Notes under the pieces: model-generated
The model's input: only the letters and a program-made list of their open reading frames with translations
Told to the model about the DNA's origin: nothing
The model's database searches: none
Origin: Candidatus Eiseniibacteriota bacterium
GTDB taxonomy: Bacteria > ARS69
Length of the DNA stretch: 48,274 nt
Assembly: GCA_052390515.1 (NCBI GenBank)
Contig: JBQTGV010000106.1
Coordinates: forward strand, 1 to 48,274
Direction: 5' to 3'
Made by a program: the position numbers and the translations under genes
Shown here: one piece after another, positions 18,049 through 28,844 of the stretch
How the letters are laid out: each line of letters opens with the position of its first letter
Numbering within the stretch: position 1 is the first letter of the stretch

Positions 18049-20379
18049 ATGACTGCGGAAATCGCGCTGCTTCTCGGGCTCCTCGCCGTGATGGCGTATC
18101 TCTTCCTCACCGAGAAGCTGCCCATCGAGCTGACCGCCTTCAGCGGGCTCGTGGCCCTGGTGCTGGCCGGCTTCGTCCCGGCGGCCCAGGCCTTCGACGG
18201 CTTCTCCTCTCCGGTCGTCATCACCATGCTGTCCATCTTCTTCATCGCCGCGGCGCTGCTGCACACCGGCGTCGCCGACTGGATCGGGGAGCGGGCCCAG
18301 GAGCGGCTGGGCAGCCGGGAGCGCCCGCTCATCGTCGCCATCATGGCGGTGACCGCGCTCCTGTCCTCGGTCATGAACAACATCGCCGCCGCGGCCATGG
18401 TCCTGCCCGCGGTGGCCAGCATCGCCCGCGCGACCGGCGTGTCGCCTTCGCGGCTCTTCATGCCGCTCTCCTTCGGAGCGGTGCTGGGCGGCACGACCAC
18501 CCTGATCGGCACGCCGCCGAACATCCTGGTGGCCGAGATCCTGCGGGACCGGGGCCTCGAGTCCTTCGGACTGTTCGACTTCACGCCGATCGGCGTGGCC
18601 ATCTGCGTGGTCGGAATCCTGTACACGGCGGTGGCGGCGCCTCGGCTGCTGCCGGCGCGGGAGTTGGCCGCGCCGATTTCCCGCCAGAGCGACCTCGTGC
18701 AGGTCTACCGGCTGCACGACACGCTCTTCTCGATCCGCGTCCCGGAGGGGTCGAAGCTCGCCGGCCGCAGTCTCCGGGACACGACGCTCGGCTCGGCGCT
18801 CGGCGTGCAGGTGGTCGGCATCGAGCGGGGGGCGAAGCGCGAGCTCGCCCCGACGCCGGACACGGTGCTCAGCGCCGGTGACATCCTGCTGGTCAAGGGC
18901 CGCGCCGCGGAGGTTAGGGAGCTCTGGCGCATCCAGGGAAGCGAGTTCGCCGAGGCGGTGCCCGAGGAGGTAGCGCGGGCCTCGGAGCGGGTCAGCGGGC
19001 TCGTCGCGCGTCTCGGCGCTTCGTCGCCGCTCGCCGGCCGCACGCTCCGTGACCTGCGCTTCCGTGAACGCTTCGGCGCGATCGTCATCGGGATCCGGCG
19101 GGACGGCAAGCTGCTGGACGGCGCGATCGCCGGCGAGCCGCTGCGCGGTGGCGACGAGATGCTCGCCCTGGGAATGCGCGCGCGACTCGCCGAGGCGGAG
19201 ATCCGCCAGCACTTCGAGGTCTCGACGATGGGGCCGGACGTGTTCCGGTCGCTCTCCGGTCGCCTCTACGTGCTGGCCGTGCCGGAGGCATCGGGGCTGG
19301 TCGGCACGACCCTCGGGGAGAGCCACCTCGGGGAGCTCGTGGGGCTGACGATCTGGGGGATCCTGCGCGCCGGCGAGACCCTGCTCGCGCTGGAGCCGAG
19401 CGAGCAGATCCGCGCGGGCGACCGGCTGCTGGTCGCCGGCCCGGTCGGGCGCATCCGTTCGCTCCTGGATCTCGGCAACGTGGAGCTGCTGCAGGACGTG
19501 GCCGAGGAGGCGTTCGTCTCCGACGGCGTGGGCGTCGTGGAGGCGGCCGTCGCGCCGAGGTCGGCGTGCGCGGGGAAGACACTGCGGGAGATCCGCTTCC
19601 GTGCGAAGCACGGGCTACAAGTACTCGCGGTGTGGCGCGAGGGACAGCTCATCCACTCCGGGCTCGCCGAGCTGGCGCTCCGCTTCGGGGACGCGCTGCT
19701 CCTGCAGGGTCCCTGGGACAGGATCCGGCTGCTCGCCGACAACCCGGACTTCCTCATCCTGTCGTCCGCCGTGCGGGACCAGCGGCGCACGCGCAAGGCG
19801 CCGTTCGCGCTCGGGGCGCTCGCGCTCATGGTCGTGCTGGTGGTGCTCGGCGTGCTGCCCGTGCACATGGCCGCCTTCACCGCCGCCACGCTGGTGCTGC
19901 TCTCCCGCGCGATCACCATGGAGGAGGCCTACCGGGCGGTGGAGTGGCGCGCGGTGTTCCTCATGGCGGCGATCCTGCCGGTCGGCCTCGCCATGGAGAC
20001 GAGCGGTGCGGCGGCACTGCTCTCGGAGAGCGTGACGGCGACGGTGGGGCCGGCCGGTCCCTTCGCGGTGCTCGCCGCGCTCGTCCTGCTGTCGAGCCTG
20101 CTCAGCCAGACGCTCGACGGTGCGCCTGCCGTCGTCCTTCTCGCGCCGGTGGCACTGTCCGCCGCGGAGCAGCTCGGCATCAGCGCGCGGCCGATCATGA
20201 TGGGCGTCGGCCTGGCCGCATCAGCCGCGTACATGACGCCGTTCTCGCAGAAGGCGAACCTGCTCGTCATGGGCGTCGGGGGCTACCGCGTCTCCGATTA
20301 CCTCAAGCTGGGGACCCCGCTGACGCTGCTGCAGATCGTCCTGATCATCGCGCTCGTCCCCCTGCTCTTCCCGTTCTGA
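18049..20379 (+). CDS. SLC13/DASS-family permease with four TrkA-C (RCK_C) domains
   Basis: SSVMNN, LGGTTTLIGTPPN, repeated S.LAG.TL..L RCK_C units, MTPFSQKAN..GGYRVSDYLKLG. Confidence 0.93.
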   Translation: MTAEIALLLGLLAVMAYLFLTEKLPIELTAFSGLVALVLAGFVPAAQAFDGFSSPVVITMLSIFFIAAALLHTGVADWIGERAQERLGSRERPLIVAIMAVTALLSSVMNNIAAAAMVLPAVASIARATGVSPSRLFMPLSFGAVLGGTTTLIGTPPNILVAEILRDRGLESFGLFDFTPIGVAICVVGILYTAVAAPRLLPARELAAPISRQSDLVQVYRLHDTLFSIRVPEGSKLAGRSLRDTTLGSALGVQVVGIERGAKRELAPTPDTVLSAGDILLVKGRAAEVRELWRIQGSEFAEAVPEEVARASERVSGLVARLGASSPLAGRTLRDLRFRERFGAIVIGIRRDGKLLDGAIAGEPLRGGDEMLALGMRARLAEAEIRQHFEVSTMGPDVFRSLSGRLYVLAVPEASGLVGTTLGESHLGELVGLTIWGILRAGETLLALEPSEQIRAGDRLLVAGPVGRIRSLLDLGNVELLQDVAEEAFVSDGVGVVEAAVAPRSACAGKTLREIRFRAKHGLQVLAVWREGQLIHSGLAELALRFGDALLLQGPWDRIRLLADNPDFLILSSAVRDQRRTRKAPFALGALALMVVLVVLGVLPVHMAAFTAATLVLLSRAITMEEAYRAVEWRAVFLMAAILPVGLAMETSGAAALLSESVTATVGPAGPFAVLAALVLLSSLLSQTLDGAPAVVLLAPVALSAAEQLGISARPIMMGVGLAASAAYMTPFSQKANLLVMGVGGYRVSDYLKLGTPLTLLQIVLIIALVPLLFPF

Positions 20380-20490
20380 GCCGGAGGTCGGTGTGGTCAA
20401 GTTCACTTGACCGTTGCCGAGGGTCGTCCCTCCTTGCCCGACGCCGGGCCGAGCCCCTATGATCGCCGGTCCCCGAAGGCGGAGTGACGG

Positions 20491-21573
20491 ATGAGGATCG
20501 GGATCGTCGGGCTTCCCGGAGCGGGCAAGTCGACGCTGTTCAACGCGGTGACCCAGGGCAAGGCGGAGACCGGGCACTTCGGCGGCCAGGGCCAGGTCCA
20601 CCGAGGCCGCGTTCTCGTGCCGGACCCGCGCCTGGACTGGCTCGCCGAGCACTACCACCCGAAGAAGACGACCCCCGCCACGGTGGAGTTCCTGGACGTT
20701 CCCGGGCTCAAGCCCGGCTCGACGGAGAAGGGGTCCGCGGCGCTGCTCGCCGATCTTCGCACGGTGGATGCGCTGCTCGAGGTGGTCCGCGTCTTCGACG
20801 ACCCGTCCGTGCCGCATCCCGACGGGAGCATCGACCCGGCGCGGGATGCCGACCACCTCGAGACCGAGCTGCTGCTCGCCGACCTCGTGGTGGTGGAGAA
20901 GCGCCTGCAGCGCGTCGAGTCGGATCTGGGCAAGGGCGTCGACAAGAAGAACCTCGAGCCGGAGCGCGAAGTTCTGCTGAAGCTGAAGGGCGCGCTCGAG
21001 GAGGGAAGGGCGGCGCGCGCGGTCCCGCTCGCGCGGAACGACGAGCAGCGCATCCGCGGCTACGCCCTGCTCACCCGCAAGCCGAAGATCCTCATCGGCA
21101 ACGTGGGCGAAGACGACCTCGCCGGCGGCGAATCCGACCGCGCGCTCGCCGCGAAGGCCGAGGCGGACAGCGTCCCGTACCTGCGCATCTCCGCGAAGAT
21201 CGAGGCGGAGATCGCGCAGATGGAGGCGGCCGACGCCGCGCTCTTCCTGGGCGAACTGGGGATCGAAGAGCTCAGCCGCGATCGGGTCGTCCGCGCCGCC
21301 TTCGACACGCTCTCGGTGATCTCCTTTCTAACGTTCGGCGAGGACGAGTGCCGCGCGTGGACCCTGGCGGACGGCTCGGACGCGGTCGAAGCGGCCGGCA
21401 AGATCCACTCGGACATCGCGCGGGGGTTCATCCGCGCCGAGGTGGTCGCGTTCGACGCGCTGCAGGGCGCCGGATCCTGGAATGCGGCGAAGGAGGCCGG
21501 CAAGCACCGCCTGGAAGGCAAGGAGTACCGCATGCAGGACGGCGACTGCGTGATCTTCCGGTTCAACGCGTAG
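20491..21573 (+). CDS. ychF: YchF-like Obg-family ATPase (divergent)
   Basis: [65 protein letters not shown]. Confidence 0.9.
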   Translation: MRIGIVGLPGAGKSTLFNAVTQGKAETGHFGGQGQVHRGRVLVPDPRLDWLAEHYHPKKTTPATVEFLDVPGLKPGSTEKGSAALLADLRTVDALLEVVRVFDDPSVPHPDGSIDPARDADHLETELLLADLVVVEKRLQRVESDLGKGVDKKNLEPEREVLLKLKGALEEGRAARAVPLARNDEQRIRGYALLTRKPKILIGNVGEDDLAGGESDRALAAKAEADSVPYLRISAKIEAEIAQMEAADAALFLGELGIEELSRDRVVRAAFDTLSVISFLTFGEDECRAWTLADGSDAVEAAGKIHSDIARGFIRAEVVAFDALQGAGSWNAAKEAGKHRLEGKEYRMQDGDCVIFRFNA

Positions 21574-23339
21574 TGTGGGCGGCGGCGCTGCTCGCTGCGG
21601 CGGCCTACGCGCTGCTGGAGCTCGCTTTCGTCGCGGAGCGCAACCTGCTCCTGCCCTGGAAGGGTGAGCATGCGTCGCTCGGCGTCCTGTTCTTCGCCAT
21701 CCACGGCGCTGTGGCCCTCGCCGCCCTGCTCGCCGCTCGTCTCGTGTTCCGGCCGGCCGTCCCCTTCGCTCCCGCGGCGGTGCTTCTGGCCATCCATGCC
21801 GTGACCGCCTTCCGGGAGCGCTCCGGCGTTCTCCCCCGCGATGTCGCCGGCACGCTCGTGACCGCAGGAATCCTCGTCAGCGTCCTCGGCGCGGCGGGCG
21901 TCCTCGGCTGGCTACTCCGTGCCCGGCCGGAGCGGGCGGCGAGGCTCGGAGTGGCGACCGGCGTCGTGCTGCTCGCCGCCGGCGCTGTCCGCATGGCGAC
22001 GGTGCGGCCGCCCGCGGAGGCCGTTCCTTCGCCTCCTCGCCCGGCGTCCGAACCGCTCGTCGCCGCGGAGACCGGCCAGCGCGTCTTCGTCTTCGGGTTC
22101 GACGGGGCTGCCTGGGACGTGCTCGATCCCATGATGGCGGCCGGCGAGCTGCCGCATCTCGCTGCGCTCGCGGCCCGCGGTCGTACGTTCGCCGTGGAGA
22201 CGATCAGTCCGACGTTCTCCCCAGTCATCTGGACGACCGTCGCGACGGGGACGGACCGCCTCGCGCACGGGATCCACGACGTCGTGCAGACGGTGATGCC
22301 GGGAGGCGTGCGCCTGCCGCGGTCCATCGCGCGCACGGCGTTCCTGACCAAGACGACCGGCGTGCTCTTCCGCGGCCTGGACCGGCGCCGACTGCTGGGC
22401 TCGGCCCCCTACCGGAGCAATGACGTTCGCACCGCATCCGTGTTCGAGGCCGCCTCTGAGGCCGGTCTGTCCACGTCCCTCATCGAGTGGTACGTGACGT
22501 GGCCCGCGGTGCCGCTCTCCGGCGTGACGGTGTCGGACCGCTTCCACCTGCGAGACGCCCAGGCGGACTTGCCGGGCCTCGTGCATCCCGCGGGCCTGCA
22601 GGCGGCGCTCGCGCCGCACGTCGTGGACGCCGAGACGATCCCGCTCCTGGACGTCCTCGATCTGGTGGACCTCTCCGGACTCGACGAGACCGGGCAGGCG
22701 AAGTGGGTCTCGGAGCACGCGCGCTTCGTGCGGGAGATGAGACTGAACCTCGCGCGGGACCGGACCACGCGCAACGTCGCCGTCGATCTGCTCTCTCGGG
22801 ACTCGGAGTGGAAGCTGTTCGCCGTCTACTTCCGGGCGGTCGATCTCTCACACCACCTCGCCTGGCGTTTCCACCGCGGCGAAGGCGGCGAGCGCGAGCC
22901 CCTGCGCACCGCGGTGCGGCGCTATCACCGGATGATGGACGACATCGTGGGCGAGGTCCTCGCCAAGGTGCCCGAGGGGACGACCGTGCTCCTGCTCTCC
23001 GACCACGGGTTCGAGGACGTCTTCGACCATCGCCGCGGACCCGACGGCGTCGCCATCCTCGCCGGTGGCGCGACCGCTCCGTCGACGCGGCGGGACCGCA
23101 TGTCCGTGTACGACGTCGCGCCGACGCTCGGAGCCGTTCTCGGGCTGCCCGCCGCGCGGGACCAGCGCGGCGTGGTCCGCGGAGAGTGGCTCGTCCCGGG
23201 CTTCCTCGAGGCGCACGCGGTGCCGCCGGTGGCCACGTGGCTACGGGAGGATCGCGCCCTGCCCACGGAAGGGGGGGACGCCGAGGTCGTCGAGGCCGAG
23301 GAACTGGAGCGGCTGCGCGCTCTCGGTTACATCGAGTAA
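21573..23339 (+). CDS. Membrane-anchored AlkP-superfamily enzyme (N-terminal TMs) with C-terminal [12 protein letters not shown] tail
   Basis: GTG start overlapping the ychF stop (TAGTG). About 5 TMs, then [38 protein letters not shown]. Confidence 0.88.
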   Translation: MWAAALLAAAAYALLELAFVAERNLLLPWKGEHASLGVLFFAIHGAVALAALLAARLVFRPAVPFAPAAVLLAIHAVTAFRERSGVLPRDVAGTLVTAGILVSVLGAAGVLGWLLRARPERAARLGVATGVVLLAAGAVRMATVRPPAEAVPSPPRPASEPLVAAETGQRVFVFGFDGAAWDVLDPMMAAGELPHLAALAARGRTFAVETISPTFSPVIWTTVATGTDRLAHGIHDVVQTVMPGGVRLPRSIARTAFLTKTTGVLFRGLDRRRLLGSAPYRSNDVRTASVFEAASEAGLSTSLIEWYVTWPAVPLSGVTVSDRFHLRDAQADLPGLVHPAGLQAALAPHVVDAETIPLLDVLDLVDLSGLDETGQAKWVSEHARFVREMRLNLARDRTTRNVAVDLLSRDSEWKLFAVYFRAVDLSHHLAWRFHRGEGGEREPLRTAVRRYHRMMDDIVGEVLAKVPEGTTVLLLSDHGFEDVFDHRRGPDGVAILAGGATAPSTRRDRMSVYDVAPTLGAVLGLPAARDQRGVVRGEWLVPGFLEAHAVPPVATWLREDRALPTEGGDAEVVEAEELERLRALGYIE

Positions 23340-23532
23340 CTTCGTTCTCCCGTTTCTGCGTGCGCATGGCTAGGAACATCACTGCCCGTGAACTGGCGAA
23401 GCACCGGATCGCCGATGCAGGGCGACCGCCTCCGGCCCTCTCGTGAAGAATCTGCTGCGGCCGCGCCACACCTTCGCCGATACGAAATCTAGCTGCACGC
23501 GTGTTCCCCCACGAACGCGGAAGGTCGACGGC

Positions 23533-24525
23533 ATGGCGGAAGCCCCTCGCGGAGGGCTGGATCTCGGTCGGTTCAAGACCGCGGGTCGGGCGGTGCCGAG
23601 CTCCGGAACCGACACGCCCCCGGTCGCTCCGCTCTCCGGTGTCACCGATCCCTTCTCCATCGTGGCCCGCGAACGGCGCGTCAAGGAAGTGCTCGCCAAC
23701 ATCGAGAACCTGCCTTCGCTGCCGACCGTCGTCCTGAAGGCGCTGCAGCTCACGAACGACTCGACCTCCCGCGCGGCGGACTTCGAGGAGGTCATCAAGA
23801 GCGATCAGGCGCTCGCGGCACGGGTGCTGAAGCTCGCCAACTCTCCGTTCTTCGGGTTGCGATCCAAGGTCACGTCCATCTCGCAGGCCGTCGTCGTGCT
23901 CGGCATCAAGACGCTCAAGAGCGTCGTGATCGCGGCGAAGACCAGCAAGCTGCTGAACCGGCAACTGACGCCCTACGGCTTCGATCAGGCGGGGATGTGG
24001 AAGCACTCCATCACCTGCGCCATGGTCTCGCACCTGATCGCCCGCAAGGCGAAGTTCCCCCCCGATGCGGCCGAGGAGCTTTTCGTCGCCGGACTGCTGC
24101 ACGACGTGGGCAAGACGCTTCTCGCGCCGCACATCACGAAGTTCCCGGACGAGTTCGCCGCGCGTCTCGATGAGGCCAAGGACATCGTCCGCACCGAGAG
24201 CGAGCTCGTGGGCATCTCCCACGATGAGGTCGGCGGACGCATGGCGGGGAAGTGGGGTCTCGACCCGAGGCTCGAGTTCCTCATCCGGAACCACCACCGG
24301 CTGGACGTCACCGGGCCCGACGGGCGCGCTTTGTATGCGCTGCAGGTCGCGAACGACCTGTGCAATCAACTCGGCGTCGGGCGAGTTGCCGGAGGGCGGG
24401 AGGCGTCTCCGTCGTTCGCAGCCTGGATCGAACGACTCGGGTTCCGGAACGCTCCGGACCTCGTGAGCGAGGTCGAAGAGCGGCTGGTCGAGCTGCAGCC
24501 CGTCTTCGAGTCGATCGGCGGGTAG
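23533..24525 (+). CDS. HDOD-domain signal transduction protein
   Basis: LPSLP, IKSDQALAARVLKLANSPFFG, ISQAVVVLG, WKHS, AGLLHDVGK, W.L..IRNHH. Confidence 0.93.
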   Translation: MAEAPRGGLDLGRFKTAGRAVPSSGTDTPPVAPLSGVTDPFSIVARERRVKEVLANIENLPSLPTVVLKALQLTNDSTSRAADFEEVIKSDQALAARVLKLANSPFFGLRSKVTSISQAVVVLGIKTLKSVVIAAKTSKLLNRQLTPYGFDQAGMWKHSITCAMVSHLIARKAKFPPDAAEELFVAGLLHDVGKTLLAPHITKFPDEFAARLDEAKDIVRTESELVGISHDEVGGRMAGKWGLDPRLEFLIRNHHRLDVTGPDGRALYALQVANDLCNQLGVGRVAGGREASPSFAAWIERLGFRNAPDLVSEVEERLVELQPVFESIGG

Positions 24526-24531
24526 CCCCCG

Positions 24532-26262
24532 GTGTCCGGCGAGATGCAGGCGCGCGCGGAGCGACCCACGACCGCGGATCCGGCGGTCGAGGCGGGTCGC
24601 GCCGCGCACACGCTCCACTCTTGCCTGGACGCGAACGAGCTGCGCGAGTGCCTGGACCGGAGTCTGGTCGACGGCGATGCGCGCGGCTACTCCGTCCTCT
24701 TCCGCAATGCGCGCTCCGGCGCCTTCTTCGCGTACTTCTCCGGCGGCAGTGCGAAGCCCGAGACGATCGAGGTCGACGTCCGCCTGCACGAGCTGCTGGA
24801 GGAGGGCGACGGACGCCTGCGTCGCGTCGAGGCGTTCGCGCTCGGTCCGGCGCTTCCGCCGGTGCGTGCGGCGGCGACGCTGTCCTTCCGCGGCGAGAAG
24901 TACGGTCTCTTCCTGCTGCACGGCGGTTCGGGCGAAGAGCCGGCGGCCTGGCAGCCGGTCGCCGACGCGCTCTCCACCGAGCTCGTCAAGCTGCAGCTCT
25001 ACCAGGCGGCGAGCCAGGAGTCGGCCACCGCCGGAACGAAGCTCGCGGCGCTGAACGAGGCCGGCGACCTGATCAGGTTCGTCGACCTCGAGGTCCTGCT
25101 CACGAAGCTCATGGAGCTGTGCGTGCGGATCGTACAGGCCGAAGTGGGAGCCATCGTTCTCGCCCAGGGCGATCGCCTCTACACCGGCGTGGAGTGGGGG
25201 CTCACCGAGGAGTTCCTGCTGTCCCTCCGGACGCCGCAGGGCGGCTCGTTCCTTCGCTCGGTGATGGAGAGCGGCGAACCGCTGCTCATCGCCGATACGG
25301 CCGCCTCCGACCGCATCGAGACGAGGGGCCTCGAGCAGCATCTGCAGGGCGTGCTCGTCGTGCCGCTGCTGACCCAGAGCGACCGCGTCGGGGCCATCGT
25401 CATCGCCAATCCGGTGCAGGCCGGGCTCGACCAGGAGGGCTTCGAGGTGCTCTCCACGATCGCCAACCTCTGCGCTGCGGCGGTACAGAACGCACAGCTC
25501 TACCAGCGGGCGCTGCGGCACGAGCGCATCGAAGCGGAGATGCAACTGGCCGCCGACGTGCAGGCCGCCCTTCTGCCGGACTCCGCGCCGCGCCACGACG
25601 CCGTGGACATCGTCGGGTGGAACATCCCCTGCGATGAGACCGGAGGAGACTACTTCGACTTCGTGGATCTCGGCGAGGGTCGCACCGCCGTCGTCATCGG
25701 GGACGCAACCGGCCACGGCATGGGCGCCGCGCTCATGATGTTCATCGTGCGCTCCACGCTGCGGGCACTGCTCACCCGGGGCAACGACCTCGTGTCCATT
25801 CTGGAGACGATGAACGACCTGGTCGAGGACGTGTCCGAAGACCATCGGTTCATGACGCTCTTCATCGGGGTCATCGACGCGAAGGGCGAGACACTCACGT
25901 ACGCCACGGCCGGTCACGATCCGCCGCTGGTTCATCGCCCGGGGACGAGCGGTTTCGTGGAGCTGCCGCCGACGGGGGGCGTGCCTCTGGGGGTGCTGCC
26001 CGGCTCCCGCTACCGCGTGGTGCAGCTCGGGCTGCGCGGCGGCGACGTCTGGGTGTTCGGCACCGACGGCATCTGGGAAGCCCGCGACTCCGCTCAGCGG
26101 TTCTACGGCAAGGAGCGCGTGATGAATCTCGTTCGCGGCGCGTCGGACCGACCCGTGGAGGAGATCAGCCGGAGGCTCCGAGAAGACATCCTCGGATTCC
26201 ACGGCGGCAACCCCCGCCGCGACGACATCACCGCCGTGCTGATGAAGGTCCGCGCCCGCTGA
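24532..26262 (+). CDS. GAF-domain SpoIIE/RsbU-type PP2C phosphatase
   Basis: GAF (VLVVPLL..VGAIVIAN), AADVQAALLP, GGDYFD, IGDATGHG, AGH, GTDGIWE, DDIT. Confidence 0.93.
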   Translation: MSGEMQARAERPTTADPAVEAGRAAHTLHSCLDANELRECLDRSLVDGDARGYSVLFRNARSGAFFAYFSGGSAKPETIEVDVRLHELLEEGDGRLRRVEAFALGPALPPVRAAATLSFRGEKYGLFLLHGGSGEEPAAWQPVADALSTELVKLQLYQAASQESATAGTKLAALNEAGDLIRFVDLEVLLTKLMELCVRIVQAEVGAIVLAQGDRLYTGVEWGLTEEFLLSLRTPQGGSFLRSVMESGEPLLIADTAASDRIETRGLEQHLQGVLVVPLLTQSDRVGAIVIANPVQAGLDQEGFEVLSTIANLCAAAVQNAQLYQRALRHERIEAEMQLAADVQAALLPDSAPRHDAVDIVGWNIPCDETGGDYFDFVDLGEGRTAVVIGDATGHGMGAALMMFIVRSTLRALLTRGNDLVSILETMNDLVEDVSEDHRFMTLFIGVIDAKGETLTYATAGHDPPLVHRPGTSGFVELPPTGGVPLGVLPGSRYRVVQLGLRGGDVWVFGTDGIWEARDSAQRFYGKERVMNLVRGASDRPVEEISRRLREDILGFHGGNPRRDDITAVLMKVRAR

Positions 26263-26268
26263 CCCGAG

Positions 26269-27309
26269 TCAGCGTTCCACCCACTCCGCGACGAAGAGGT
26301 TCGTCTCTCCCGGAACGGATCCGTTCCGGTTGGAGGCGAAGGCCAGCTTCTTGCCGTCCGGACTGAACATCGGGAACGAGTCGAACGACGGGCACGTCGT
26401 GACGCGCTCGAGGCCGGTACCATCCAGGTTCACGAGCCACAGGTCGAAGTTGCGGCCGCGCTGGTCGGCCACGTTCGACGCGAACAGGATGCCGTTGCCA
26501 TCCGGTGTGAAGTACGGGGCGAAGTTCGCCGCGCCGTTGTTCGTGACCTGCGTGACGCCGGTGCCGTCCACGTTCATCCAGTAGATCTCCAGCTTGCCCG
26601 GACGCACCAGACCCTCGGCGAGCAGCGCGCGGAAATCCGCCAGCGCTTCGCCTTCCGGCCGGCTCGCGCGCCAGCAGACCTTCTTGCCGTCGCGGGAGAA
26701 GAAGGCGCCGCCGTCGTAGCCCGGCGCGTCGGTCAGCCGCGTCACCTCCGAGCCGTCCGTCTTCATCTTGTAGAGATCGATGTCGCCGTCCCGCGTGGAG
26801 GTGAACACGATCCATTGTCCATCCACGGACACCGTGGCCTCCGCGTCGTAGGCCTCGTTCTCGGTGAGCCGGAGGCGCTCCGAACCGTCCAGCTTCGAGG
26901 TCCAGATCTCGTAGGAGGAGTAGAGCGGCCACACGTATCCGCGAGAGCGATCCGGTTCCGGCGGGCAGTCCGGCGAGGCTGCGTGGGTGGAGGAGTAGAG
27001 GACGCGGTCCGGGCCCAGGAAGTAGGCGCAGGTCGTCCGACCGGTGCCGTCGGAGACGCGACGCACTTTCGAGCCGTCGGCCTTCATCACGAAGATCTGG
27101 TCGCAGCGGGCCCCCTCGGGCGTGGCCTGGAAGATGAGCCGCGTCCCGTCCGGCGACCAGTACGCCTCGGCGTTCTGCCCGCCCCAGGTGAGCTGGACGA
27201 CGTTGGCGAGGCGGGCTTCGCCCTCGAAGAGCAGGCCCGCCGGCTCCGGAGCACCGGCCGAGGCGGCGAACGGAATCGGGAGGAGCAGGAGCGCAGCTCG
27301 GATTCGCAA
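26269..27309 (-). CDS. Secreted TolB-like PD40 beta-propeller protein
   Basis: AAGGAGG RBS then TTG at 27309, signal peptide, repeats WSPDG / FSRDG / FTPDG / FSPDGKKLAFASNR. Confidence 0.88.
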   Translation of the reverse strand: MRIRAALLLLPIPFAASAGAPEPAGLLFEGEARLANVVQLTWGGQNAEAYWSPDGTRLIFQATPEGARCDQIFVMKADGSKVRRVSDGTGRTTCAYFLGPDRVLYSSTHAASPDCPPEPDRSRGYVWPLYSSYEIWTSKLDGSERLRLTENEAYDAEATVSVDGQWIVFTSTRDGDIDLYKMKTDGSEVTRLTDAPGYDGGAFFSRDGKKVCWRASRPEGEALADFRALLAEGLVRPGKLEIYWMNVDGTGVTQVTNNGAANFAPYFTPDGNGILFASNVADQRGRNFDLWLVNLDGTGLERVTTCPSFDSFPMFSPDGKKLAFASNRNGSVPGETNLFVAEWVER

Positions 27310-27436
27310 GGAACCTCCTTCGAGGACGACTTCTCCGCGGGGACGCGAGACTGTACCTTGAAGGCTCGCGGCTGACCAGCCGCCTCGCGGACGGGACGCC
27401 GTCGGGCTTCCCGTCCGATCGGCCCCGGAGTCGACC

Positions 27437-27787
27437 ATGGCATCTTCCGTTCTCGTATCGAGCCTGCTCGAGCTGGACCGGGCCCTCGACGAGTCCGCCC
27501 ACCAGCCGGTATGGGTGTTCAAGCACAGCCTGATCTGCTCCGTCTCCGTCTGGGTGCGGAAGGCCTGGGACGAGTTCGTCGAGGGGCGCAGCGACGGTGC
27601 GCTCTACGCGGTCATCGAGATCCAGAACGCCCGCGAGGTATCTGACGAGCTCGCGCGGCGCACCGGCGTGAAGCACGAGTCGCCACAGGTGCTGCTGCTG
27701 AAGGACGGCAAGGCGGTGTGGAGCGCCAGCCACTGGGACATCTCGAGGGAGTCTCTCGAAGCTGCGAGCGGCGTGGGCGGGACTTGA
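27437..27787 (+). CDS. ytxJ: YtxJ/DUF2847 thioredoxin-like (bacillithiol-associated) protein
   Basis: FKHSxxCxVS, REVSDELA, GVKHESPQ, WSASH. Confidence 0.88.
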   Translation: MASSVLVSSLLELDRALDESAHQPVWVFKHSLICSVSVWVRKAWDEFVEGRSDGALYAVIEIQNAREVSDELARRTGVKHESPQVLLLKDGKAVWSASHWDISRESLEAASGVGGT

Positions 27788-27830
27788 CGGTCCGGCGAGC
27801 CCCGGACGGCGGAGGCCGGCGGCAACGATC

Positions 27831-28799
27831 TCACCGCCCCGCGTCGGTGAGCCTGCGCAGCGTCTTCTCGTCCACGTTGAGCAGCTCCGGCCCGACGAGC
27901 CGCGCCGGGAGATCGCGCCAGGCGTCGCCCATCGCGTAGACCCGCGCCAGGATCCGCTCCGCGTCGTCGATTCGCCCCTGGTTCGCCAGAGTGACGGCGT
28001 GCCAGAAGAGCACCTCGGGGTTCCCCGGCGCGAGCTCGGCCGCCCGGCCGTATTCGCGCGCGGCGCGTTCGAAGTCGCCGGCCTCGATGGCCAGGTCGCC
28101 GGCATTCATGGCGTCGTAGGCCCGCGCCACCGTGAGGATGCGGCGAAGCTCGCGCACGGGCTCGGCGTGGTCGTCGACGCGCAGATCGAAGACGAAGTCG
28201 TCCCACGGGCGGCCGGTGCCGGCCGGCTTCGCCACGAGGAGCGCGGCGGACTGCTGGCCGCGGATATCGCCGCCCTCCGCCTGCGCGGCTTCCAGCGCAG
28301 CCATGAGCCGTTCCGCGAGATCGCCCTCGGTCCGCTCGAACGCTTCGGCCATCGCCTGCGGCACGGTGCCCCGGAACATCAGATTGGCCTGCACCGAGTA
28401 GTGCTCGCCGACGAGGTGGCCGGCCTCGGCGATGCACTTGCCGCCGGTGTGCGCAACGATCTCGCCGTCCCCATCCAGGATGGCGACCTGCCGGTACCAG
28501 GGCGCGGAGTCGGATGCGATCAGCCCCTCGAGCGTCCTCGACGCGGACCGCCCCAGGCGAAGCAGCTCGAGGCCGGCGGGTCCGTAGGTGAAGTCCGACA
28601 GCGACTGCGTCGCCACGGCGCCGACGCCGGGCTCGACCCAGATCACCCGGCTCACCTGGAACCAGTGCGATTGCACGGCCGCTCCGATCTGGCCGGTCGC
28701 GGGATCGCGTGCGACGATGGAGTAGGTGGCGCGCGCGACGGGCGCGGCGAAGAGCACCGCCGCCGCCGCGATGATCGCTGGTCCCGGACGACGCGTCAT
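27831..28799 (-). CDS. DUF1028 Ntn-hydrolase-like protein with C-terminal TPR
   Basis: Signal peptide then TYSIVARD, GVGAVATQ, RQV, QANLM, GGDIRGQQSAAL, DLRVDDH. TPR-like tail. Confidence 0.9.
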   Translation of the reverse strand: MTRRPGPAIIAAAAVLFAAPVARATYSIVARDPATGQIGAAVQSHWFQVSRVIWVEPGVGAVATQSLSDFTYGPAGLELLRLGRSASRTLEGLIASDSAPWYRQVAILDGDGEIVAHTGGKCIAEAGHLVGEHYSVQANLMFRGTVPQAMAEAFERTEGDLAERLMAALEAAQAEGGDIRGQQSAALLVAKPAGTGRPWDDFVFDLRVDDHAEPVRELRRILTVARAYDAMNAGDLAIEAGDFERAAREYGRAAELAPGNPEVLFWHAVTLANQGRIDDAERILARVYAMGDAWRDLPARLVGPELLNVDEKTLRRLTDAGR

Positions 28800-28844
28800 G
28801 GCAGGTTCCTCCCGGGCGCGAGTCTAGTTCAAGGGGCTGCCCGC

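Noticed and set aside
20484-21572. Apparent 363-aa N-terminal extension of the AlkP ORF overlapping ychF
   Set aside because: Arg/Gly-rich alternative-frame sequence. The real start is the GTG at 21573.
22480-26202. 1240-aa minus-strand ORF
   Set aside because: Antisense shadow of the HDOD and PP2C genes in high-GC DNA, with no motifs.
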